64,000 nt of DNA from an uncultured Acidobacteriota bacterium (GTDB taxonomy: Bacteria > Acidobacteriota > Blastocatellia > RBC074), in the NCBI GenBank assembly GCA_963796275.1, contig CAWCKY010000006.1, positions 1,952,001 to 2,016,000 on the forward strand, given 5' to 3'. The notes under the pieces are model-generated. The model did not search any database and had not been told where the DNA came from. It worked only from the letters and a program-made list of their open reading frames with translations. The position numbers and the translations under genes were made by a program. Shown in pieces: positions 51,944-62,767 of this stretch. The first letter of the stretch is position 1; each line of letters begins with the position of its first letter.

Positions 51944-52313
51944 TCTTTCTGTTTCTGGACGGAAGTCATCAGGAAAGGGACAACTCTAGCCTGGAGGACC
52001 GATGTGAACTGTATCTCATACTCACTATCTCACTATCGTGGCGAGACACATGAGCGTTGAAATGAAATCTGGAGCATATTTGGGATGAGTTAAATGCTAG
52101 CAAAGCCATCCCATAGTGACAAGGTATGATCAGGTCCGAGTGTTTCCTGGTGAGTAAGTTTGTCAAGATCGTTGAGAAGTTCGAGCTGAGAAGTGGCTGC
52201 TGCGATGCTCTCTCAAATAGCAGAATTATAGGCGATGATCAGAAACGTACTCCCGTGCGCCAATGCTGACTGAATTGCATTGGCACACGGGGCACACCAT
52301 CGGGGCACGACTA

Positions 52314-52989
52314 CGGAGCACGAAAACAAATAACGAACCGAGGCACGACTTCGGGGCACGAAATCAAATAACGAACCGAGGCACGACTTCGGGGCACGAA
52401 ATCAAATAACGAACCGAGGCACGACTACGGAGCACGAAAACAAATAACGAACCGAGGCACGACTTCGGGGCACGAAAACAAATAACGAACCGGGGCAAGG
52501 CTTCGGGGCACGAAATCAAATAACGAACCGGGGCAAGGCTTCGGGGCACAAAATCAAAAAACAAACAGTGCGCGTCTTCGGGGCACGAAAACAAATAACG
52601 AACTGGGGCACGACTTCGGGGCACGAAAACCAATAACGAACCGGGGCAAGGCTTCGGGGCACAAAATCAAAAAACAACAGTGCGCGTCTTCGGGGCACGA
52701 AATCAAATAACGAACCGGGGCAAGGCTTCGGGGCACAAAATCAAAAAACAAACAGTGCGCGTCTTCGGGGCACGAAAACAAATAACGAACTGGGGCACGA
52801 CTTCGGGGCACGAAATCAAATAACGAACCGGGGCAAGGCTTCGGGGCACAAAATCAAAAAACAACAGTGCGCGTCTTCGGGGCACGAAATCAAATAACGA
52901 ACCGGGGCAAGGCTTCGGGGCACAAAATCAAAAAACAACAGTGCGCGTCTTCGGGGAACGAAAACAAATAACGAACTGGGGCACGTCTA
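52314..52989. repeat. Tandem array of 18 units of 36-38 bp with higher-order structure
   Basis: Units begin CGGGGCAC; variant order A A A A B B C D B C B C D B C B C D. Confidence 0.95.
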
Positions 52990-53354
52990 GGGCACATAAT
53001 TCAAATTACAAAATCGGGGCACCCTCACAAAGTCTTGACAGCTGTCGATCCGCGCCAACCCTCGCCTTATTCCTTTATTTCCGTTCCTGCTCTTATTCCG
53101 TTTTGAAAAGCAATTTGGATTCACGGTTGTTTAAAATTGAGAGGCTTTTTGGATAATGGCTGAGATTTCATAAGCTTGTCGGGGATGCCGGAGTATGATC
53201 AACGCCATGTACTGCTCGATCGTAACACCAGAGCCGCTTAATTTGATGCTTTATCGTTATCCGTTAGATTATCCCGCGGTGAGCAGCCTGCGGTGCTGTC
53301 AGCCCACAAGCAGATAGGCCCTTTTCTCGGCGTCGCAATCCTTGAATTCGCCCG

Positions 53355-53774
53355 TCAGCGAACAGCCCGTCTTTTACGGTGTAGAACCTCGCCCAACCAC
53401 GCACAGGGCAGGGCGGTGATCACGAGAGCGATCGGGTACCAGGCAGGACCCATGTCCATCTTGATCGAGACTATCGCGCCGGCCAGGCTCAATACAATTC
53501 CTATACTGCCTAAAGCCAGAGCGTGAGCCATCGGATTGCGAGGCGCGAGCAATGCGGCGATGTAGCAGCCAACGACGGCGTATACTAAGCGATAGGATAA
53601 TGCCAAAAGATTATCGCCGGTCTCGTACATCGGCTGCCCCCAGGGCGGATATACCTCTAGTTTGTGCAGCAGCTGGTCGGTGGCGAGCGAAAGAACAAAG
53701 ATCACGACGAGCCCTAAAAAGACGGCGGCCGCGCTTCGCAAAAGGCTACGAGGATGCGTATTCGTTTCTGCCAT
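53355..53774 (-). CDS. Small integral membrane protein
   Basis: Four hydrophobic segments, GPAWYP.AL. Confidence 0.8.
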   Translation of the reverse strand: MAETNTHPRSLLRSAAAVFLGLVVIFVLSLATDQLLHKLEVYPPWGQPMYETGDNLLALSYRLVYAVVGCYIAALLAPRNPMAHALALGSIGIVLSLAGAIVSIKMDMGPAWYPIALVITALPCAWLGEVLHRKRRAVR

Positions 53775-53868
53775 CAAAGTACTACCTGGACTTCAGGAAA
53801 TAGTTTCCAGTTTCCACTTTGTTATTATCGGGAGCCGGCAAAGGGAAACTGGAAACTTATATATAAAA

Positions 53869-54348
53869 CTATTCCGCGATCGACCCCAGTACCTCGGCGA
53901 GTTTGTCGTAACTCTCAGCCGCGCCGTGCTCCATCCCGGAGTTGATCACCGCGTCGCGAACTTCCTGCGACGGATAAAGGATCGTTGCGGTCATGGTCGT
54001 CTTTCCGCGGTCCTCAACCCAGACCGCAGTCACGATCGATTCACCCGGAAAGTCATCGAAGGACTCAGTATGGACGGTGCGCTCCGGCGGCACGATCTCG
54101 CGATATACGCCGCGCATCCCCATCTCCGTGCCGTCGGGACTGCGCAATACGAATCGCCATGATCCGCCCACTCTGAAATCGGTCTCGCAGACCACCAGCG
54201 ACCACCCCCGCGGCCCGAACCAGCGCTTGAGCAGTTCGGGCTTGGTGAAGGCGTCAAAGACTATCTGGCGGGGAGCATCGAAGACGCGCGTCAGCACGAT
54301 CTCCTGATCCGTCGGCGTTGTGACTTGCAATGTTCCTGTGTTCTTCAT
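53869..54348 (-). CDS. SRPBCC/AHSA1 domain protein
   Basis: EIVLTRVFDAPR..VFDAFT.PELLKRW, DFRVGG.WRF, GMEHGA.ESYD.L. Confidence 0.93.
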   Translation of the reverse strand: MKNTGTLQVTTPTDQEIVLTRVFDAPRQIVFDAFTKPELLKRWFGPRGWSLVVCETDFRVGGSWRFVLRSPDGTEMGMRGVYREIVPPERTVHTESFDDFPGESIVTAVWVEDRGKTTMTATILYPSQEVRDAVINSGMEHGAAESYDKLAEVLGSIAE

Positions 54349-54713
54349 CCTTTTCCTCCTCTGTGTTTGGTGTTTTCACGTTTCTTCTCCTCAGCCTTCA
54401 TCTCGACGAGCAGCTCGTCGAGCCGCTCGAAGCTCTCTTCCCAGAAACGACGATAGGGTTCCAGCCATTCGGTGGCCTCTGCGAGCGGAATCGCCTCGAG
54501 CCGGCATGGCCGCCGCTGCGCGTCGCGGCCGCGCGATATCAGACCGGCTCTCTCCAGCACCTTTAGATGCTTCGAGATCGCCGGCTGGCTCATAGCAAAC
54601 GGTTCGGCCAGCTCCATCACAGTCGCTTCCCCCAACGTCAGCCGGGCCAGTATTGCCCTCCGCGTCGGATCCGCCAGCGCCGCAAATGTCATGTCCAGCC
54701 GCTCCACAGTCAT
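54345..54713 (-). CDS. ArsR/SmtB family transcriptional regulator
   Basis: FAALADPTRRAILARL...SQPAISKHLKVLERAGLI. Confidence 0.95.
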   Translation of the reverse strand: MTVERLDMTFAALADPTRRAILARLTLGEATVMELAEPFAMSQPAISKHLKVLERAGLISRGRDAQRRPCRLEAIPLAEATEWLEPYRRFWEESFERLDELLVEMKAEEKKRENTKHRGGKG

Positions 54714-54719
54714 TTGTTC

Positions 54720-54751
54720 ATAACTTATAGGTTGCATAACTGATAGGTTAT
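54720..54751. promoter_or_regulatory. Tandem palindromic operator, probably ArsR autoregulation
   Basis: ATAACTTATAGGTTGC followed by ATAACTGATAGGTTAT just upstream of the ArsR start. Confidence 0.65.
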
Positions 54752-54841
54752 ATACAGGAAGAAGGAGGTGTTAGTCAAGTGCATTAATAGAGTTTAAAAA
54801 AGAAATCTGGAAATGAGATTTAGCGGTTGAAGCTAAAACTT

Positions 54842-55651
54842 TTACTTTCTGCGGTGATCGCGTATGTATTTTGCGATCGTTCCGACGGGCGCCACCCATA
54901 TCTTATTGGCAGGATCGTTGGTATAGCGCATCAATTTTTCCAGCATCGCCACGCGCGTGGTTTGCGTACCGTCTGGGCCGATATCATGCCCGGCCAGCGC
55001 TACCCACTGGCCGGTCTCTCTGGCTTTTTCGAGGATAGGCAGAATCTGTTCAAAATCGCGACCATCCATCTCTACGCCAGTTGTCTGCGCCAGATCGCAG
55101 AAGCCCGGGTCATTCGGCGTCTCATCCTGCCATGTTCGTCCCGAACCGAATAACGCCGCCACTACCGGAACATAGCTCCTGGTATCTACGCCGCGTCCGA
55201 CGAAAGTCTGCCCGCATGGGTATGCGAACGATAGGGGCGTCACGCCCAACAGTTCTTTGATTCGCCGGTTGGCCTGCTCCAGTTCGTCGCGCATCTTTTC
55301 GAGCGTGTAATCTTCCAGGGCCTTCTGCCGGGACCACGCGAAGTTACCGGTACAGGGATGGTTCAGAGAGTGGTTTCCGATCTCATGCCCGCTCGCCACA
55401 ATTTTCTTCCATGCTTCCAATTGTCGCTCCACCGCCGAAGGGACGACATAAAAGGTCGCTTTGACATTGTGTCTGTCGAGCAGCGCTAAGCCGTTATCCA
55501 CTTGGCTTTTGCGCCCATCATCGAAACTCAGACTCAACGCGGCGCGTCTCCCGTCGGGCCAGGTGAAATTATGGGCGGAAGGTTGTTGTGTGAGAGCGAG
55601 AACGCTCAGCAAAATTGCAGGTAGAAACGCTAGTATTGATCGCATGGTCAT
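54842..55651 (-). CDS. Polysaccharide deacetylase (CE4)
   Basis: LSFDDG, GHEIGNHS..HP, FAYPCG. Confidence 0.92.
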   Translation of the reverse strand: MTMRSILAFLPAILLSVLALTQQPSAHNFTWPDGRRAALSLSFDDGRKSQVDNGLALLDRHNVKATFYVVPSAVERQLEAWKKIVASGHEIGNHSLNHPCTGNFAWSRQKALEDYTLEKMRDELEQANRRIKELLGVTPLSFAYPCGQTFVGRGVDTRSYVPVVAALFGSGRTWQDETPNDPGFCDLAQTTGVEMDGRDFEQILPILEKARETGQWVALAGHDIGPDGTQTTRVAMLEKLMRYTNDPANKIWVAPVGTIAKYIRDHRRK

Positions 55652-55784
55652 ATCGGGATGGGATTTTATCGCGTGATGAGCTCCAGACCCAAACAGTTTA
55701 GAGATCATTAAATAATTGCTGTCGTGGGATTACAAAACATAGGGTGTATTTTTTCACACTTTTTGTGCGACTATTTCAGCCTCG

Positions 55785-55813
55785 TTGACATTCTACCAGA
55801 GCTGCCCGATACT
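55785..55813 (+). promoter_or_regulatory. Candidate sigma70 promoter for padR
   Basis: TTGACA-17 bp-GATACT, with a GGAGG RBS downstream. Confidence 0.55.
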
Positions 55814-55839
55814 CGAGTAGATTTTCCACTGGAGGCGTT

Positions 55840-56193
55840 ATGCGGAAGCAAAAAAGCGAATCGATCGACATGTTGCAGGGCACGCTTGACATGCTCATTT
55901 TGCGCACGCTGCTCTTCGGGCCCAAGCACGGGCATGCCATCGCAAAATCTATAGAACAAATATCACAGGATGTTCTAAGGGTTGACCACGGCTCCCTCTA
56001 CCCGGCGCTGCAGCGGATGGAACGGCGCGGCCTGATCACCGCCAAGTGGGGTACGTCTGAAAATAACAGGCGCGCCAGGTATTACCGCATGACGGCGGCC
56101 GGGCGCAAAATGCTGGTCTCCGAGACAAGCAAATGGGAACGCTTGACCGAGGCGATCGCTCGTATCCTCAACCCAAACCGTGAGGAAGCTTAA
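55840..56193 (+). CDS. PadR family regulator (acidobacterial type)
   Basis: [38 protein letters not shown]. Confidence 0.95.
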   Translation: MRKQKSESIDMLQGTLDMLILRTLLFGPKHGHAIAKSIEQISQDVLRVDHGSLYPALQRMERRGLITAKWGTSENNRRARYYRMTAAGRKMLVSETSKWERLTEAIARILNPNREEA

Positions 56194-56621
56194 CTGTTTC
56201 TGGGACTCCTCTGCGAATAGAAATGCTCTATCGGATTTTTCATATTGAAACAGGGTGGGAGTTAGTAAAGAAAATAAATTCTTCCGTCGCTATTCTTTGG
56301 CTGAGACTTTGACCTGATCCAGTTATATCTACAAGCCTCCAACTCGACAGATGACATACTGCATCATCTGTTCAAAGGGCATTGACATACAATCTTGGTG
56401 TGATAAGTCTGCAGAACCAGAGCCAAAACCCTCACCGATGCAGCACACACAATTGTCACACTTGAGACGGTTTTGGTATCCATTCAGGCAGCTGCCTGCT
56501 CGCCTGCTCCATTCGACGAGGATTCGTGCGATAGGGACTTCAGATACATGAAAGGCCACAATTGACAAGAGGTAGAACAATGGTAATGGGACCAAAAGTG
56601 ATTCCTTACTGTCCATCATCA

Positions 56622-58745
56622 TTACGCGATGTGGCGACGACATGGGTGTGCTTGATTGGTTTCGGATAGCAAAGAATTTACAGCCTCATTATCCTCGAGC
56701 CTTGCGTTCATCATCAATGTTGCCAAATCGCGAGGAATGCAGATTGAGAACTTAAGATCGTCAAGATAGTTTGCTAAGTCAGATGCCTGCCAGGATGTTC
56801 GAAACGGTTGGTGAAGTTCGGCAATCTTCTCTCTTAGTTCAGTTTGATTGGTTGGCGTCTGAAATTTGATCTTTAAGTTATCGTATGAGACCTGCCAGGT
56901 GCTGTTGCTCTTTAGACTTGTGGCCAATTGGCTATTAGCGCAAAGACCACCGAATGTCCACCAGACAGCAGTTCCGTTTTGCTGATCAGTTACCAAAGTT
57001 GTTGCCTGCTCACTGATCCAGTCGAAATCTGATCGCGCCTCGGCGATCACAATTTGTGCGCGGTGAGACCAAGCAGGATTGGTCCGCGTGGTCGATGCCA
57101 ATATCCGGCAGATAGCCTGACAAAGTTTGAATGAGGATCGCGGTTCGGCGCCCAACCATCTCGACCGGCCTTGTTCGTCTGCAGGTTGAACCCAGGCAAC
57201 ACGTTTACTCCATTCAATGTGCGTAACCTGCCAGCTTCTTCCACCTAGCAGCAAAATCGGCTTGCTTGTATCGCGAGCGAGAAAGGAGAACTCATGAACC
57301 GAGCCAAGTTCCGTTTGGCCGTGTAGGACGCTGAAGAGTGGTGGGCTGGTGAAGACGGAAAATAGTTCCAGAAAGTTTCGCCGCCCGAATGTCGACTCAC
57401 CTTCATCCCCCAACCAAAGAATCCCTTCGTCTTCCGAGAGAATCTCCGTCTTGATCATGTACTGCAGAATGCCCTCGATTTGTTGAGTGGAGAAGTCTGC
57501 AAACCCGGGCATCCGGCCAATCCACGCGCGCCAGGTGCTGACTCCTATGCCACGCTCCTGTAGCGCCAACGCCATGATCTGTTGGGCAAATATGTGAAAT
57601 GGGAGAGGAGGGGGAATCACTGCCTCGACCATGTTCTGTTGCCACAATTCAATGATAGCTGCTGCCTGCAGCAGAGACTCGCGTGAGGTAGCTAAAAAGA
57701 AGCAGTTGCGCTCCATCCCCGCGCGCCTGCCGGTACGCCCCATCGTTGCAGAAACGAAGCGATCGTGCTGGGCGCGTCAATTTGAATCACCCGGTCGAGA
57801 TCGCCGACATCCACGCCAAGTTCAAGCGTACTGGTTGCGACGATCACACAATCGCTCGACTGGCTGAATGCCGCTTCGGCCGCCTGTCGTTCTTCCAGAC
57901 GAAGCGAGCTGTGAGAGACGTAGGTAATAACGCCTGCCTTGGAGAGCAGCGATGCCAGTTGCTCAACGCGTGCACGACTGTCGCAAAAGACCAATCGCTT
58001 CTCCCCACGATGTAAACGTGAAATCACAGTCGCGGCATTCTGCAGACTTCCGACGTAATCGAGCTGTACATTTACTTGCTGCGGGCTGATCGCCTCCGGA
58101 GCGATGACTTCGCGTTGGCCTTCGCAAACTCCCGCGAGCCAATCAAGTAGCATCTGCGGGATTACCTACCGTAGCTGAGAGGCCGACTCTCTGCAATTCC
58201 GCACCGGATAGTTTTGTGATGCGTTCGAGCACCGAGAGCAGATGCCAGCCCCGATCGTCGCCTGCGAAAGAATGTATTTCGTCCACGATCACGACTCGTA
58301 GATTCCTGAAGAAGCTCTCATGATCGGCCCGCTGAGAAAGCAGGATCACCTCAAGTGATTCGGGCGTCGTCAGGAGACAGTCGGGTGGATCTTTCAGAAT
58401 GGCTTGTTTGACTGAGTCTTTAATGTCCCCGTGCCATAATCCGCAGCGTCGTCCCGCCAAATCGCAATATTGCACCAGCCTTGTTTCCAGATTGTTCAAC
58501 AGTGCTTTGATCGGGCAGATGTAAAGCACACTCAACCCGGACCAATTCTTGGTGAGCATTTGTGAGAGGATCGGAAAGAACGCTGCTTCGGTCTTTCCCC
58601 CAGCTGTGGGAGCTAGCAGGATTGCGTGTCGTCCTGCAATCAGCGGTTCAATAGCGCGTTCCTGCAACGGTCTAAGTGAGCGCCAACCGAGGGTATCGAC
58701 GATGTGATGTTGTAGGGCAGAATGAAGCAGGTCAAAAGCCATCAC
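56622..58745 (-). pseudogene. brxHI: BREX type 2 Lhr-like DEAD/DEAH helicase, frameshifted
   Basis: APTAGGKTEA, DEIH, GLSATVGNP, ATSTLELGVDVGDLD and GRTGRR spread over at least 3 frames; directly follows brxD. Confidence 0.82.
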
Positions 58746-60065
58746 AGTTCAAGCTCGATCTCGTCAACGTTCCCCGCGCGGAGGGCATTGCGTTCGATTT
58801 CATTCAATTCAGAAGAGGAGACTGTAAGTGCGTAATGGATGCGCGGATCGAAATCGGGAAATTGCTCGATGCGGTCGAGGATATCACTGACCAGCTTCTT
58901 CAAAAAAACTCTCGGCGCGATGCCGACTCGATTTCCAAGCGTGCCCGCGATTGCCCGCGCCAATTGTTCGATATAATTGCGATCCGCAATGGTTGTGATG
59001 CGATCGGCCTCGTTGGAATAAGCCGAGAAGATGTCTCGCACTCGAACCCCGACCTCGACCAATGAATCGAGCGTGAAGCCCGGCAATCTAATCTGGATTG
59101 CCCGCGGATTATCGAATCGCGCGTCTGTCGAAAAATCGACCTGCAATCGTTGCGCAAGCGGGGAGAGTTTCTGTATTCCTTGCGGACTATCGTAAAACGA
59201 AGGTGTGCCTGTGATAAGCAGATAGAGGCCTGGGAAGCGGCTTGCATCTATCTCATCAATTAGCTGCCGCAGAGCATTTAGCCCCTTTTCACGCACGTCG
59301 CCGCGGACGCGTTGCAGTGTCTCGACTTCATCCAGAACGAGGTAATCACGCGCGCCCGGAATCGCGCAGGACAGTCAGCAGACCCTGTAAGAAGCTCAAT
59401 GCGCCGTAATGATCTACATCCCCCTTGATATTGGCCGCGCGTTTGACGGATGCCGCAACATTAGGTTGCCCGGCGATCGAGGAGAGCAACCCATCGGCGG
59501 TTGAACTTTCACGGTTGTGCTAGCTTGCAGGTAACCGCGCAGCGCTGCCGCAAAAGCTGGTGCGGTACGCGTGATTGCCGCCAGACGTTGCTCCATCAAT
59601 TCGGTAGTCAGTCAGCGGGAGTTTTTCTGCATCACTGGCATCTGCCTGGCCGCTGGCAATGACGTCTTCTTCCAGCGTGTAGAACCACCCGTCAATAATC
59701 GTCCTGAACGCCCCCTGTTCCGTATCTGAAGTCGAGAGCCTTTCCATCATCCGGCGATAGACCGTCTCCAACCGGTGCAGCGGTGTTTCAGTCTCGGATA
59801 TCTGCACTTCCGCTGCTGCAAAGCCGGATTGTCTGGCGCGCTCCTGCAGCCAACGGGCGAAAAAGGTCTTTCCACTACCATACTCGCCGCGCACTGCTTT
59901 GAAGACGCTTCCGCCGGTGCGCACGACACTCAGTTCGTCATCGATCGCGTTCTGAAATCTGTCCAACCCTACGGCGAATGCATCCAGGCTGCGCATTGGG
60001 ACTGTTCCCCTGCGCAGCGCGTCAATGATCTCGCGTCTCCGTTGCGGACTAATCATTGTCTTCAT
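58742..60065 (-). pseudogene. brxD: BREX ATP-binding protein BrxD, frameshifted
   Basis: IIDALRRGTVP, RGEYGSGKTF, QISETETPLHRLETVYRR, REKGLNALRQL, RFDNPRA. Confidence 0.88.
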
Positions 60066-62767
60066 CCAGTCCGAATTGCACCTTCAGTAGGTTAAGGTTG
60101 AGGCGGATTGTGCCTGAAGGCTCGTCAATGTCCAGCACGGCATATCCGTCCACATTCAATATTCGGCGAATGGAGGCGATAATCCCGGGGATGCGTATTT
60201 CCGGAAAACCGAGCTGTTGCGCCATCGTCAATTTCAGCGCCGTGCCATTGTAATCTGCAAGAACAGACAGAAACCTTCGCACTTCCTCCGGCTTCGGCGC
60301 TCCTCGTCCCGCCAGTTTATGCTGATGGGTGAAAACATCCGACGCTAATAACCTGTCGATCCATTCGGCGGCTTTGGGAGATGCAGATGCTTCTACATCG
60401 GTGAAAAGCGGCATGGACTTGGTCGATGTTTTCATCGTCCTTCTGACTGGAGCAAGAGATTTAAGAACATGTTCGGTTCGCAACGGCTCTGGCCGGCTCC
60501 ACCAGTCAGGCTGATAGAGCGGACGCTCATCCCAGTAGTTCAATCCTTCGTCGAAGTTTTTGATTTTATCTCACGAGCACGCGACATGGGACGACGCATT
60601 CCTGTGGCGTTAGCCCCCCGTGATAGCCATGCTTCTTCATCGAGTACCGGACACGCTCACTCCACGGCGCGATGATCTTACCCGAGATGACCCGGCTTCC
60701 GCTGACCATCAGTTCGTTGGCCTCCGGCGCGCCATTTGCGCTGCGATATCGATCGCCCGCAGATGTCGGATCCGCAGGTTGGCGTTGGATGGTTTGCCGG
60801 TCGAGGAGATGGCCGTGATCCGCAGTCATGATCACGGCGCGGCCTGCGTCACGTGCCGCGTACAGCAGATGTTCTAGCACGGGAATGTGTTTCAAGTCCC
60901 AGGGCACGTTCAATTGCCCCCCTTTGAGCAGATGATCATCAACTGCATTGACTACTACGCCGATGATCTTTCGTTTCTCCGAAGTCAACTCCTGTCGCAG
61001 ATTGGCGGCCAGTTCATTGCCGCCCGGTTCTGTGAGGCGGTTATTGTGAAAGAGAATCGGTGACTTCATCCTGGAAGCTTTTCGCAACTCTTCATTCGAC
61101 TCAAATCCTGCGGTTTCGTCTATGCCGGTTCCTTGGAGAAGAACCTCGCGCAAAGCAGACTTGCCCGTGAAACATCCGTGATTGAAGGAAGCGCAGCGAT
61201 AACGGGCATTGGCCATGCCTTCCTTTCAGGCGCAATTTCCACCCAGCCGCGGTCTGTAATCTCCTCGAGCAATTCATGAAAAATGGCGTAACTCATTCCA
61301 TCCATCACGATCAGTAGTACCGGCAGCGACTTCTCCTCCTCGGCGACCACTCGCTCCAAAACATCCTCGACTTTGATGATCTCCTCGCTGCACGAGCCTG
61401 CTTCGGTCCACTGGCCAACAATTCGCCAAAGCGCCGGTTCTCCTCTTCGCGCCGCGTGGTGACAAGGTTTGTCAGTTGTGTGTAGGCTTCCGAAAGCGTC
61501 GGTAGCATGATCGCCAATATAGAGAGCGTATCTGGCCCGATCTACAAAACCGCCGTACCTCGCATAGGCCAGGGCAGCCTCTTCAAGGCTACCCAGTTCA
61601 AGCTGTGTTTCGGCGAGCCATCTCAGTAGTCGCAGCGACATCTCTACGGTCTCCGCCCTGGATGATCGCTTGCCGCCCTCCGAACGCCTGACGGTGGCGG
61701 AAACCTCTTTCTGTCAAATGCTGCAACTCGTCAGATAATTCGGCAAATTGGCCTAACATACAATGTTTCAGCAATTGCCGGCCATACTGCTCCAGCGCCT
61801 GTTCAAATCCAAACTGGGAAAATGAGCTAAGCCATGCGTATTCGGCGATTTTGAGGTCGGCCAAAATCTACATCTGTCCGGTCCAATACTCGCATCGCCG
61901 TGTGTTTCTGTTTTCCCTCTGCCAATCGTTCGATCAGGCTGACCGCTGCGTTTCTCCATGTTTCGGCCTCTGCTGCGGTTAATGAACGACCCCCGACGAA
62001 TCGCTCCATCCGGATAGCTGCGCTGTGCAACTCCGCCTTGATCGGCATCTCCGCCGCCGCGTTGAAGACAACCTGACAGACCATTCCGATGGGAACAGCA
62101 TCCTCACCAAACCCGGCATCCAGACAATCCAAGATCGTATCCCCAACTGAGCCCACCGACTGTCGTAGCCATCCGCGCAATTCCTGTTTGATCCCTGCCG
62201 AAGCGCCCAAATACTGACTGGTATTCTCAGTATTCATAGTCCAGGCCAATAGATCGCGCGCGTCGGGACGTGCCATTTCAAACCCGAACTGTTCTTTCAG
62301 TACGATTACCCACACTGTTTCGGCATCCAGTATCCCGCTGGTGGCGGGCGGATACCCTTCCGGCGGCAGGCGTTCGAGCAACATCTCGGCCAGCCAGCGA
62401 TTCTTCTTCGACATTGGATGAGTTTGGCGCGCCTTGAAAAGTTCTTGCAGCGTCTGCCAGGGGTCGTCGGTGAAGAACTGTTCTTGGCGAATCGCGCCAG
62501 CAGGTCTTGCCCGAGTTCGTTCTCATTCAGGTTGGTCAATACGACTTGCAACACCCGGTCGCGGTCGCGCTCGACCAGCAATTCGCGAATCTGAAGAACC
62601 GAATCGCACCAATTGAAAAAGCAGTCCCGCCCGTTCACCTCCGATCGCTCAGCAACCGGCAACCGTGTGGACATTCTGATCCCGAAGACACTGTATTTTT
62701 CGTGTTTTCTATGGATCGATTCGACTTGTGCGCGAATCTGCGACAATGATGACGAGGTCAGACTCAT
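60049..62767 (-). pseudogene. pglZ: BREX-2 alkaline-phosphatase-domain protein PglZ, frameshifted
   Basis: LLIVMDGMS, LPSITDVSRASL, VVVNAVDDHL, TADHGH and GYHGGLTPQE across many fragments. Confidence 0.88.

Noticed and set aside
52364-52885. Minus-strand ORFs with repeated PRFVI/CPE peptides
   Set aside because: They are translations of the DNA repeat; units of 36-38 bp shift frame, and there is no RBS or consistent frame.
52314-52989. CRISPR array or TIGR-like guide array
   Set aside because: The variable parts are only four recurring variants rather than unique spacers, and no cas or Nop-domain gene is nearby.
56329-56643. Cys-rich 104-aa ORF downstream of brxHI as an extra BREX gene
   Set aside because: No recognisable motif, and it lies next to an indel-rich region, so it cannot be supported.
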